DNA from: an uncultured Oscillospiraceae bacterium
Lineage (GTDB): Bacteria > Bacillota > Clostridia > Christensenellales > CAG-138
Assembly (NCBI GenBank): GCA_964393095.1
Contig: CAYMSL010000001.1
Coordinates: 1 to 53,190 of the forward strand
Direction of reading: 5' to 3'
DNA: 53,190 nt
The notes under the pieces were generated by a model. It was not told the DNA's origin, made no database searches, and saw only the letters and a list, made by a program, of their open reading frames with translations. Positions 1 through 8,286 of the stretch are shown one piece after another. Made by a program: the position numbers and the translations under genes. Each line of letters opens with the position of its first letter. Position 1 is the first letter of the stretch.

Positions 1-52
1 AGTCTACTCCCTTAGCAGGGGAGCCCCTTATAGCCACTTGGGTACTTCTCCG
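1..52 (-). tRNA. tRNA-Ser(GCU), 5' portion only (cut by window edge)
   Basis: Reverse complement reads GGAGAAGTACCCAAGTGGCTATAAGGGGCTCCCCTGCTAAGGGAGTAGACT. This gives the acceptor start, a D-arm, and anticodon stem CTCCC/GGGAG around loop CT-GCT-AA. A long variable arm then begins. Confidence 0.8.
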
Positions 53-63
53 TATGCGTTTTT

Positions 64-152
64 TGGCGGAGAGAGAGGGATTTGAACCCCCGGTGCTTTG
101 CAGCATCACCGGTTTTCAAGACCGGCTCCATAAACCACTCGGACATCTCTCC
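64..152 (-). tRNA. tRNA-Ser(UGA) with encoded CCA
   Basis: Reverse complement reads GGAGAGATGTCCGAGTGGTTTATGGAGCCGGTCTTGAAAACCGGTGATGCTGCAAAGCACCGGGGGTTCAAATCCCTCTCTCTCCGCCA. The acceptor GGAGAGA pairs with TCTCTCC. The anticodon stem CCGGT/ACCGG flanks loop CT-TGA-AA. It has a long variable arm and a T-arm GGGTTCAAATCCC. Confidence 0.92.
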
Positions 153-168
153 CGGATGCGATGGTAGC

Positions 169-198
169 AGTATAGCAAATTTACAGGGCGATTGTCAA
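169..198 (-). promoter_or_regulatory. sigma-A-type promoter upstream of the tRNA-Ser pair
   Basis: Minus strand: TTGACA (198-193), 18 nt spacer, TATACT (174-169). It sits about 16 nt upstream of the tRNA 5' end. Confidence 0.6.
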
Positions 199-330
199 CG
201 ATGGAATGGCCCGCTGCCCGCACTCCCCCGCGCCCTGAAGCGACAGGCGTAACATTGCGCCGGCATGGCTATGCGCGCTATAATATGGATAGAATCCGCT
301 TGAGATGCCGATTGGAAGGAAGTGCTTTTG

Positions 331-729
331 ATGCGTCCGTTTGTCAAGGCGTGGGTTGCGCTCGCGGCCATTGTGATCGCGGCGCTCGCCCTTGGCTGCA
401 AGGAGCAGTCCACCACGATACTCAACAAGGAGACCACCATCTACTATGGTGACAGCCAGATCGAAGCCACCGCGCGCGAACTCACCGTAGATGGCGGCCA
501 AACCAGCGTACGCATACGCTTTGTCAACATCAGCGGCTCCCCGCTCGAGGAGCTCAAAGCGCATGTGGACTTTGTCGATGCCGACGGCGCCGTTCTCGCA
601 TCCGACGAAATCGAGCTGACGTTTCACGAACCGCTTACCGTGGGAGACAGCGTCAGCGGCACCGCCAGTTGCAAGAGCGACGAGCGTATCGTGGGTGTCG
701 CGCTCTCGAGCGCCGGCACGATCGGCTAA
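331..729 (+). CDS. small lipoprotein of unknown function
   Basis: ATG at 331 lies about 10 nt after GGAAGGA. The N-terminus MRPFVKAWVALAAIVIAALALGC has a signal peptide plus lipobox (LALGC). I recognise no family. Confidence 0.6.
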   Translation: MRPFVKAWVALAAIVIAALALGCKEQSTTILNKETTIYYGDSQIEATARELTVDGGQTSVRIRFVNISGSPLEELKAHVDFVDADGAVLASDEIELTFHEPLTVGDSVSGTASCKSDERIVGVALSSAGTIG

Positions 730-1448
730 GGAAGGTCGATGCCGGCCTTTCTCGCCTGCGCGTGCTGCAACGCGCGCGGGACATGGTAGCGCCGTCCGTC
801 TTTGACAAAATTCGCACCGGTCTGGCGAAAGCGAAACGGCACTTTGGCGGCCGCGCATTGCGCGCGGATTCCGAGCACCCAATCGTAGCTGCATGCGCGC
901 GCGCTTTCTCCCGATTCGCCGCCGACGGACACCGCCTCCACCCAGTTTCCCAAATAGGGCGATAAGTCGATCTCTTCGAGCAGCGGCTCGCATATGATGG
1001 TCTTGTGCCGAATCGGCGCGTCGCGATAGATCGGCAGGCGCGCGTTTGCCATCGCCTGGTTCTCCACCGTGCAGCAAATGTGCACGTTCGGGTAACCGCC
1101 TCCCCAGTCGGGCGGCAGGCAGCGCGCAAGCCGCGCGATGCGCTTTGTGATGAAGAGAAACCTGCAATCCGACCGTTCGCGGATCATGCGCCAGGCCTCC
1201 GGCCGCCACGCGTCCGCCTCTTCGAGCAAAAAGTCGGAGGTAAAGCACGTCCACACGAGCGACCCGTCCGGCACCTTGTAGGAACCGTCCCGTGCGTGCG
1301 CGATCGGCAGGTAAAACGCGCCCGTCCTGCGCACCGCGCCCGCGTCTTGCCCGTGCCTCGCGTCGATGCGGTAGACATAGCAGTTGAGGCACCCGGCGGA
1401 GACCCTGCGGCAGCCGTGCCACGGATTCCAACTGACCCCGCGTACCAT
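726..1448 (-). CDS. DUF5131 (phage Gp37/Gp68-like) family protein
   Basis: Trimmed to the ATG at 1448. The N-terminus MVRGVSWNPWHGCRRVSAGCLNCYV matches the WNPWxGCxxxSxGCxNCY signature of this family. The length (~240 aa) fits. Confidence 0.75.
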   Translation of the reverse strand: MVRGVSWNPWHGCRRVSAGCLNCYVYRIDARHGQDAGAVRRTGAFYLPIAHARDGSYKVPDGSLVWTCFTSDFLLEEADAWRPEAWRMIRERSDCRFLFITKRIARLARCLPPDWGGGYPNVHICCTVENQAMANARLPIYRDAPIRHKTIICEPLLEEIDLSPYLGNWVEAVSVGGESGESARACSYDWVLGIRAQCAAAKVPFRFRQTGANFVKDGRRYHVPRALQHAQARKAGIDLP

Positions 1449-1525
1449 GCGCTTCTCCCCTCCCCCATAGCAAAACCGCTGAATCTCCGGCTTATTTCCG
1501 CCACGATGGTTCACGTTTGCTTTCG

Positions 1526-1554
1526 TTGACAATCCTAACATGGTACAGTATAAT
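1526..1554 (+). promoter_or_regulatory. consensus sigma-A promoter for the UPF0316 gene
   Basis: TTGACA (1526-1531), 17 nt spacer, TATAAT (1549-1554). It lies 29 nt before the ATG at 1583, which has an AAGGAGG RBS. Confidence 0.7.
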
Positions 1555-1582
1555 CGGCAAGTTGCATAAAGGAGGTCACACC

Positions 1583-2173
1583 ATGAACGAATTGTTGCAG
1601 ACCATCTCGGACTTTGCGCTCGGCAATAGCATCTGGGTGTATCTGTTTATTTTCTTTGGCAAGATCCTCGAGGTCTCGTTCGGCACGCTGCGCATCGTTT
1701 TGATCAACCGCGGCGAGCGAACGGTCGGCTCGCTGATTGCCATCGTTGAAATCACGCTTTGGCTGATCATCGCAAGCGGCGTGCTCGCCGGCTTCCGCGA
1801 AGATTTTCTCAAGGGCGTCGTCTATGCGCTCGCGTTTGCCTGCGGCAACTACATCGGCTCCTGGCTCGACGAACTGCTCGCCTTTGGCCTAAGCTCCGTA
1901 CAGGTCGTGCTGCCCGACACGCAGGCGACCAAGGGTATTGTGGCAAGCCTGCGCGAGAAGGGTTTCGGCATCACGTCGCTTGACGTACACGGCCGCGACG
2001 ACGACCATTGCATGCTGCTTATGACCATGCAGCGAAAACGCCTGCCCGAGGTGCTCGCCTGGCTTGAGAAAAACTCCCACGGCGCCGTGGTTACCGTCAG
2101 CGACATCAAGGTCGCGCGCGGCGGCTACCTGGAAAAGTCGGTGCGCGGCGGTCAGCTCCGCATTGGAAAATAG
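1583..2173 (+). CDS. UPF0316 / DUF2179-domain membrane protein (YebE-like)
   Basis: RBS AAGGAGG precedes the ATG at 1583. It has N-terminal TM helices and a C-terminal DUF2179-like domain ending ...VSDIKVARGGYL. This resembles Bacillus UPF0316 proteins. Confidence 0.75.
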   Translation: MNELLQTISDFALGNSIWVYLFIFFGKILEVSFGTLRIVLINRGERTVGSLIAIVEITLWLIIASGVLAGFREDFLKGVVYALAFACGNYIGSWLDELLAFGLSSVQVVLPDTQATKGIVASLREKGFGITSLDVHGRDDDHCMLLMTMQRKRLPEVLAWLEKNSHGAVVTVSDIKVARGGYLEKSVRGGQLRIGK

Positions 2174-2192
2174 CCGCTATCCATACGATTTC

Positions 2193-2220
2193 GCGCCGCT
2201 CTTCGGAGCGGCTTTTACTT
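2193..2220 (+). terminator. rho-independent terminator after the UPF0316 gene
   Basis: Stem GCCGCTC, loop TTCG, stem GAGCGGC, followed by TTTTACTTT. Confidence 0.7.
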
Positions 2221-2379
2221 TGCCCGCCGCCGCAATTTCGCATGCGGATAAACCGCACGGGCAGCTTGGAAGGAGCACGTATCAAAACAAGCGCCACGCT
2301 CTGCCGCGGAGGCGCCGCCTTTTCTTTACGGCAAAGCGTGCGGGCGGCGGTTTTGTACGCCCAACCCTTCGTTGGCCGT

Positions 2380-3906
2380 TCAACCCTGTGGAGCGGCCTT
2401 CGCGGGCCTTTGCATATCGCCCATACACCGCTGCGCAAGCTCGAGAGACGCGATGAGGCGAAGAGACGGCCCCTGCGCGCCGTCGAGATCGAGGCCGAAC
2501 TGCGTCGTGATGCGTTCGAGCCGGTATAAAAACGTGCTGCGGTGGATGAAGAGTTCCGACGCCGTGCGCACGGCGTTGAAATGATTTGCCACGTAGCGCC
2601 GCGCGGTCTCGAGGTACGCCGTGCCGTGCGCCTGATCGTAAGCCATCATCTGCCGCACCGCGTCGAGGCATATGAGTTCAAACGGCAGCTGCGCAAGGCA
2701 GCAATCGAGCAGGTATTCCTCCGCGATCCCGGCAAACGCGCATACCTGCTCTGCGCTTGCCTTGCCGCGCTCAAGCGCGATCGTTGCCTGCCGCCAGCGC
2801 TGGGACAGGAGCAGGACGCCCTCGCGCGCCTCCCCGAGGCCGACGCGCAATCCCTCCGCTTCGGCAAGCGATGCAAGCGCCGCCTCGCCGCCTGTAAAAG
2901 CCGGGAAAACGAGCGCGATGAACGCGTCATGAAGAAACGCGCGCCCATGCAGCTCCCGCTCCGCCCGCTCGCAGACGGCATTGAGCCTGCTCTCACGGCG
3001 ATCGCCGGAGAGCGTTTCCGCCGCCGCGACATAATACCGCCCGGCGGTGTTCCAGGAGAGCGCCTCAAGCCCGTCTTGCACCGCCTGCTCCGGCTGCTTT
3101 TGCTCCAGCGCGTCGCGCAGCAGCCGTTCGCTGCGTTCCAGCGCGGGATCGCGCCGCCGTGCGTCCGCCGGCGCTCGACGCTCCGGCAGCATCTCCTGCA
3201 TATAGCCGCCCAAGCGCTCAAGAACGGTTTCGTCGCTGCCGTAAAAGGCGCGTTCCACACCCGCCGAGAGCAGCGCATACGCCGCATCGCCGGCGGAAAA
3301 ACGCACGCACAGCAGCTCCGGCAAGCCTGCCCCAAGGCTCGCGCGAAACGGCTGTGTCTCCGGAACGTGCGAACCGCCATCTTCCGCGCGGAAACGTTCC
3401 ATCATTTTGTATGATATCTCGCATTCCTCGCGTACGCGCTCCGCGCCGAAGCGCTCGGCACGCGCGAGCAGCCGCCCGGACGCGTCATTAAGCCACACGG
3501 GGTTTTGCAGCATGTCCGAAGCGCAGTCAAGCAGCGCCGTGACACCGCCCTCGGGCCCGGCCGCATGGCACAGCCGCAGATCCCACTCGTCGAAGCGGTC
3601 AAACACGCGCTGCACGAAGTTCATCAGCACCGACGTGTCCATATCCGCCGGAAACAGGCAATAGTCCGCCGCATCGAGTATGGCGCCGGACGGTTCCCCA
3701 AGGCAGAGTAGCAGCGCCTCCGCCGCCGCGGGCGGCGCGGAATCGAGTTGATTGGCATTGCAAAGATAGATGCGCCGCTCCGATGCCGCCTTACCGCGCT
3801 CAAGAAACAAGGGCCGCTCCACAAGCGCGTCGGGCCGCAGCACGCGCGCGCGCATGCCGGTATAGCGATAGCCAAGCTCCTGTGCGAGAAACCCTTTCTG
3901 AATCAT
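2380..3906 (-). CDS. PucR/CdaR-family transcriptional regulator
   Basis: 508 aa. The C-terminal HTH ...ELFIHRSTFLYRLERITTQFGLDLD is typical of the PucR C-terminal domain. It is divergent from the corrinoid operon. Confidence 0.8.
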   Translation of the reverse strand: MIQKGFLAQELGYRYTGMRARVLRPDALVERPLFLERGKAASERRIYLCNANQLDSAPPAAAEALLLCLGEPSGAILDAADYCLFPADMDTSVLMNFVQRVFDRFDEWDLRLCHAAGPEGGVTALLDCASDMLQNPVWLNDASGRLLARAERFGAERVREECEISYKMMERFRAEDGGSHVPETQPFRASLGAGLPELLCVRFSAGDAAYALLSAGVERAFYGSDETVLERLGGYMQEMLPERRAPADARRRDPALERSERLLRDALEQKQPEQAVQDGLEALSWNTAGRYYVAAAETLSGDRRESRLNAVCERAERELHGRAFLHDAFIALVFPAFTGGEAALASLAEAEGLRVGLGEAREGVLLLSQRWRQATIALERGKASAEQVCAFAGIAEEYLLDCCLAQLPFELICLDAVRQMMAYDQAHGTAYLETARRYVANHFNAVRTASELFIHRSTFLYRLERITTQFGLDLDGAQGPSLRLIASLELAQRCMGDMQRPAKAAPQG

Positions 3907-3976
3907 GCCGTCACTTCCCGTTCCTAATGCTACATAGTGTATGACGCAAACGGAAAAATGTCAATATTGTGTTGGA

Positions 3977-4005
3977 TTGGCCGAGCGGCGCAATTCTGTT
4001 ATGAT
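3977..4005 (+). promoter_or_regulatory. candidate promoter of the corrinoid/C1 operon
   Basis: TTGGCC (3977-3982), 17 nt spacer, TATGAT (4000-4005). It lies ~30 nt before the ATG at 4035. Confidence 0.35.
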
Positions 4006-4034
4006 GGATAAAATTTGCTTCGGAGGCATACGGC

Positions 4035-4868
4035 ATGATCCTCATCGGCGAAAAACTCAACGGGTTTATCCCGCCCGTCGGCCGGGCGATCCGCGCGCGC
4101 GACGAGGAAACGCTGCGCGCCCTTGCCCGCGCGCAGGCGGACGGCGGCGCGGACTACCTCGACCTTTGCACCGGCCCCGACTGCGAGCCTGAGGCGGAGA
4201 CGCTCGCCTGGCTCGTGCGCCTGATTGAAGAGACTGTCGATATCCCCGTCTGCCTCGACTCGGCAAACCCGGAGACGCTCGCCGCCGTACTGCCGCTGTG
4301 CAAGCGCCCCGGCATCGTCAACTCGGTCTCCCTCGAGCGCGACAAGATCAAGACGATCTTCCCACTCATTGCCGATACGCCCTGGCGGTGCGTGGCGTTG
4401 CTCTGCACCGACGAAGGCGTGCCGGAAACCGCCGAGGGGCGCGTGGAGATCTTCGAACACATCCGAAAGCAGGCGGATGACTACGGCATCGCGCACGAGC
4501 GGCTGTTTATCGACCCCGTCGTGCACGCGCTCGCCACCGACGGCGCCGCGGCGACGACCTTGATTGCCTGCACGCGCGAAATCCGCCGCCGCTCTGCGCA
4601 GGTGCACATCGTCTGCGGGCTGCCGAACATCTCGTTTGGTCTGCCGGCAAGCGCGCTGATCAACCGTGCGTTTCTTGTGCTTGCCATGGAGGCGGGGCTC
4701 GACGCCGCGATCATGAACGCCGCCGACCGCGAGCTTGTCGGGCTTGCGTATGCCGCCGAGGCGCTGCTCGGGCGCGACGAATACTGTCTTGACTTTATCA
4801 CCGCCTACCGCGAGGGCCGTGTCGGCCCGGTCAAGACGCCAAACACGCGCAGGGAGGAATCCGTATGA
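4035..4868 (+). CDS. methyltetrahydrofolate:corrinoid methyltransferase (pterin-binding, MT-II / MtrH-AcsE-like)
   Basis: The N-terminus MILIGEKLNGFIPPVGRAIRARDEETLRALARAQADGGADYLDL is typical of pterin-binding-domain MT-II proteins of ~270 aa. Its stop overlaps the next start (ATGA at 4865). Confidence 0.8.
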   Translation: MILIGEKLNGFIPPVGRAIRARDEETLRALARAQADGGADYLDLCTGPDCEPEAETLAWLVRLIEETVDIPVCLDSANPETLAAVLPLCKRPGIVNSVSLERDKIKTIFPLIADTPWRCVALLCTDEGVPETAEGRVEIFEHIRKQADDYGIAHERLFIDPVVHALATDGAAATTLIACTREIRRRSAQVHIVCGLPNISFGLPASALINRAFLVLAMEAGLDAAIMNAADRELVGLAYAAEALLGRDEYCLDFITAYREGRVGPVKTPNTRREESV

Positions 4869-5509
4869 CCACCATCGAGGATATCGCGGCCGCAATCGCG
4901 GCGGGCCGGTTTAAAACCATCGCGGACCTCGTCGCCGACGCGCTCGCGGGCGGCCTCGATCCGCTCGAGGTGCTCAACCGCGGCATGATCGACGCGATGT
5001 CGCTCGTTGGCGAGCGCTTCAGCCACGGCGAGGCGTTCGTGCCCGAAATGCTCGTCTCCGCGCGCACGATGAAGCGCGGCGTCGAGGCGCTCAAGCCCCA
5101 TCTTGCGGCGGGCGCCGCGGGCATGAACGGCAAGGTCGTGATCGGCACGGTACAGGGAGATATGCACGACATCGGCAAAAACCTTGTGGCGATGATGCTT
5201 GAAAGCGCCGGCTTTGAGGTTGTTGACCTTGGCGCGGACGTACCGGCAAACCGCTTTATCGAGGCGCTGCAAGCAAACGGCGACGTGCGGCTCGTGGCGC
5301 TTTCCACGCTGCTGACCACGACGATGCCCTCGATGCAGCAGATCGTAACCGAGCTGAACCAACTCGAAACCCGCGATTCGTTTCGCGTGATGGTCGGCGG
5401 CGCGCCCGTAACGGCGGAGTTTGCCGCCCGCATCGGCGCGGACGCGTATGCCGACGACGCGGCGAGCGCCGCTTCAAGCGCAAAGGCGCTGCTCGCCCGG
5501 GCGCACTGA
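4865..5509 (+). CDS. corrinoid (B12-binding) methyl-carrier protein
   Basis: B12-binding cap plus Rossmann domain with the DxHxxG motif (GDMHDIGKN). 214 aa, like MtaC/MtbC/OdmA-type proteins. Confidence 0.85.
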   Translation: MTTIEDIAAAIAAGRFKTIADLVADALAGGLDPLEVLNRGMIDAMSLVGERFSHGEAFVPEMLVSARTMKRGVEALKPHLAAGAAGMNGKVVIGTVQGDMHDIGKNLVAMMLESAGFEVVDLGADVPANRFIEALQANGDVRLVALSTLLTTTMPSMQQIVTELNQLETRDSFRVMVGGAPVTAEFAARIGADAYADDAASAASSAKALLARAH

Positions 5510-5529
5510 TTTTTTGGGGGTACGCCGCT

Positions 5530-7089
5530 ATGCACCGCGTACGGTTTGAACCCGGCTCGATCGAGATTGACGTGCCGGAGGAAACGACGATATCCGCGGC
5601 GGCAAGGAGCGCCGGCATTTGGCTCGACGCGCCCTGCGGCGGTAACGGCACGTGCAAAAAGTGCTTTGTTATGCTGACGCGCGACGGCATAAGCGAGCGC
5701 GTTCTCGCCTGCCAAACGCGTATTTTTACGGATTGCGTTGTGCACACGCCGCTCGAATCAACGCTTGCGGCGCTCGATCGCGGCGTACATCGCGCGGTCG
5801 CGTTTTCTCCCTTCCCCGAGGCAAATCGGACGCCGGGCGCGTGTTTTGCCGCCTTCGACCTTGGCACGACGACGATCGTTTGTTATCTGCTCGACGCGAA
5901 CACGGGCGCGCAGCTCGCCGCGCGCGGAACGCAGAACCCGCAGGCGGCCTATGGCGCGGACGTCATTTCGCGCGCCGCCTATGCGCTCGAGCACGGCTAC
6001 GAGCCATTGCGCCTTGCCGCCGCCGGCGCGCTCGACGCGCTGCTCGCCGAGGCCTGCTATGCGGCCGGGCGTTCGATGGAACAGGTCACGCTTTGCTCGA
6101 TCGTCGGCAACAGCGTCATGCTGCATCTTTTGCTCGGCTATCCCGTCGATTCGCTTGTACGCGCGCCGTATCAGCCGTATCGCGTAGCACCGCTTGTGCT
6201 CCCGGCTTCCGAGCTCGGGCTGCGTACGCATGCGTCCTGCCGGGTGCTGATCCCGCCCGCCGTCGGCGGGTTCGTCGGCGCGGACACCGTCGCGTGCCTT
6301 ACCGCGGCGTCGTTCGGCGAACAAACCGAAGCGGTCCTGCTGCTCGACATCGGCACAAACGGCGAGCTTGCGCTCACGGACGGCAGGCGCCGCGTATGCT
6401 GCTCAACCGCCGCCGGGCCGGCCTTCGAGGGCGCGAACATCTCCTGCGGCATGCGCGCCCGTCCGGGCGCAATCGACCATGCCTGGCTCGAAAATGGGGC
6501 GTTGCGGCTCTCGAGCATAGACGGCGCGCCGATTATCGGCATCTGCGGCAGCGGACTCGTCGAACTTGCGGCGCTGCTCGCGCAAGAGGGCATCATCGAC
6601 GAAAGCGGCCGACTCCGCCCCATGGGGAGCTTGGCCGCGCGCATCGTCGGAAGCGGCGCGCAGACGGCGTTTCTCCTAACCGAGCATGGCGCGGACGGAA
6701 CGCCGCTATACCTGACCCAACGCGACGTGCGCGAGCTGCAGCTTGGCAAGGCCGCCCTGCGCGCCGGCATCGAGCTGCTCTGCCAGACGCTCTCGCTCAC
6801 CCCGGAACAAATCGCGCGCGTGCTGATCGCGGGTGCGTTCGGCAGCCGCCTTGCACCCGACGCGCTTTGCAGCATCGGCCTGCTGCCCGCGTCGATGCGC
6901 GATCGTCTGGAGAGCATCGGCAACGCCGCGGGCGAGGGCGCAAAGCTCTACCTGCGCAGCTATGAACTCTTTTTGCAGGCGGAATCCCTTGCGCATGAGA
7001 TCGCGTATCTCGAATTGACCACGAGCGCGGACTTTACCGAGCGCTATGTCGACGCCCTGACGTTTCCGCCGCCGTCCGGCCCCGGCTAA
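5530..7089 (+). CDS. RACo-type reductive activator of corrinoid proteins (2Fe-2S ferredoxin + ASKHA/DUF4445)
   Basis: N-terminal plant-type ferredoxin motif CGGNGTCKKC. It is followed by a long ASKHA-like domain (FDLGTTTIV, LLLDIGTNGELAL, ICGSGL). Confidence 0.8.
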   Translation: MHRVRFEPGSIEIDVPEETTISAAARSAGIWLDAPCGGNGTCKKCFVMLTRDGISERVLACQTRIFTDCVVHTPLESTLAALDRGVHRAVAFSPFPEANRTPGACFAAFDLGTTTIVCYLLDANTGAQLAARGTQNPQAAYGADVISRAAYALEHGYEPLRLAAAGALDALLAEACYAAGRSMEQVTLCSIVGNSVMLHLLLGYPVDSLVRAPYQPYRVAPLVLPASELGLRTHASCRVLIPPAVGGFVGADTVACLTAASFGEQTEAVLLLDIGTNGELALTDGRRRVCCSTAAGPAFEGANISCGMRARPGAIDHAWLENGALRLSSIDGAPIIGICGSGLVELAALLAQEGIIDESGRLRPMGSLAARIVGSGAQTAFLLTEHGADGTPLYLTQRDVRELQLGKAALRAGIELLCQTLSLTPEQIARVLIAGAFGSRLAPDALCSIGLLPASMRDRLESIGNAAGEGAKLYLRSYELFLQAESLAHEIAYLELTTSADFTERYVDALTFPPPSGPG

Positions 7090-7237
7090 GCAGCCCGCTA
7101 TCTCCGGCGCGCATGCGCTGTACGCGGCCCGATCCGTCTTTGCCCCGATTGAATCGGCATGCCGCGATCGTATTCCATAAACAAAAAGCAACGCCCATTT
7201 TGCCTAAAAAACGCCGAATCGGCGAGCGGAGGACACC

Positions 7238-8077
7238 ATGCAGATCATCGAGCGCCTGAAAAACCACACGACGCTTTCCTTCGAGGTATTCCCGCCGAAG
7301 CTGGAGCGCCCGATCGAGCCGCTGCTCGGCACGCTCTCGCAGCTCTACCGGCACCGGCCGGACTTTATCAGCTGCACCTACGGCGCGGGCGGCACCAATA
7401 AGGGCCGAAACCTCGAGGTTGTTCAAAGCATTCAGCAAAGCGGCGTGTGCGAGGCGCTCTCGCACTACACCTGCGTCGGCAGTTCGCTTGCGGATGTGGA
7501 TATGGCCGTCGACGCCTACGCCGAGGCGGGCGTCGATAACGTGCTCGCGTTGCGCGGCGATTTTCCGCCGGGCGCAAGCGCGACCCAAGGCTTCTTTTCC
7601 CACGCAAACGAGCTTATCGCCCACATTCGCGCGCGAAAGCCCGCCCTGTGCGTTGCCGCCGGCTGCTACCCGGAAAAGCATCTGCTTGCGGACTCGCTCG
7701 CGCAGGACATCGAGCATCTTAGGCGCAAGCAGGATGCGGGCGCGTCGTTTTTGATTACGCAGCTCTGCCACAGCGTGGAGAATTTCCTGCGCTTTCGCGA
7801 CGCCGCAAGGGCGCGCGGCGTGACGCTGCCGATCGTCGTCGGCGTGATGCCCATCATCAAGCGCGATGGGCTCGTACGCATGACGCTTTCGAACGGCTGC
7901 TCGATCCCCGCCGAACTTGCCGCGCTGATCGGCCGCTACGGCGAGAACGAAACCGACTTTCGCGCGGCGGGACGCGACTTTACAGCGGAGCTGATTCGCC
8001 GTTACCGCGCCGAGGCGGTCGACGGCATTCACCTCTACACGCTCAATCGCTACGAGGACGTCGCCGCGCTGCTGTAG
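7238..8077 (+). CDS. metF: 5,10-methylenetetrahydrofolate reductase
   Basis: MTHFR signatures SFEVFPPK, TYGAGGT, LALRGDFPPG, YPEKH and GIHLYTLN. RBS GCGGAGG. Confidence 0.85.
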   Translation: MQIIERLKNHTTLSFEVFPPKLERPIEPLLGTLSQLYRHRPDFISCTYGAGGTNKGRNLEVVQSIQQSGVCEALSHYTCVGSSLADVDMAVDAYAEAGVDNVLALRGDFPPGASATQGFFSHANELIAHIRARKPALCVAAGCYPEKHLLADSLAQDIEHLRRKQDAGASFLITQLCHSVENFLRFRDAARARGVTLPIVVGVMPIIKRDGLVRMTLSNGCSIPAELAALIGRYGENETDFRAAGRDFTAELIRRYRAEAVDGIHLYTLNRYEDVAALL

Positions 8078-8179
8078 GCGCGGACGGTATGCCGCATAGG
8101 CGCCGAGGCCCGTCGGCCGCCGTCGCGCGCGCCCCATCCCTTTGCCTGGATTTCGCGGGAAATATTCGTTCGCATCGGT

Positions 8180-8208
8180 TTGGCGTTTCCCGCGTTTCGC
8201 AGTATAAT
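8180..8208 (+). promoter_or_regulatory. candidate promoter of the folT-folC fusion gene
   Basis: TTGGCG (8180-8185), 17 nt spacer, TATAAT (8203-8208). It lies ~78 nt before the ATG at 8287. Confidence 0.5.
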
Positions 8209-8286
8209 TGCTTTGCGACGGCGCTTTGCCGCTTTGGCGCCGGTTTTCTCCGGGCGCGGCACAAACCGTTTGCATGAGGAGGTTTC

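Noticed and set aside
726-729. Convergent lipoprotein and DUF5131 genes overlapping at their stop codons (CTAAG).
   Set aside because: This is a real but trivial 4-nt tail-to-tail overlap, with no evidence of functional significance.
726-1448. Prophage remnant, suggested by the Gp37/Gp68 (DUF5131) gene next to tRNA genes.
   Set aside because: No integrase, capsid, terminase or other phage genes are present, and there is no compositional shift. DUF5131 genes occur as singletons in many bacterial chromosomes.
181-1473. Long ORFs in alternative frames or antisense to recognisable genes. Examples are 181-1473(-), 5652-6965(+), 7034-8275(-), 19749-20237(+), 29967-31706(+), 31666-32883(+), 41138-42454(+), 43650-44603(+) and 46267-47319(+).
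   Set aside because: Their products are Arg/Ala/Pro/Gly-rich low-complexity sequences typical of shadow frames in high-GC DNA. Each overlaps a gene with clear family motifs on the other frame or strand.
8209-8286. THF riboswitch in the folT-folC leader.
   Set aside because: The leader is only ~70 nt, and I could not recognise the THF-I pseudoknot or three-way-junction consensus. Only the generic alternative hairpins are reported, as a low-confidence finding.
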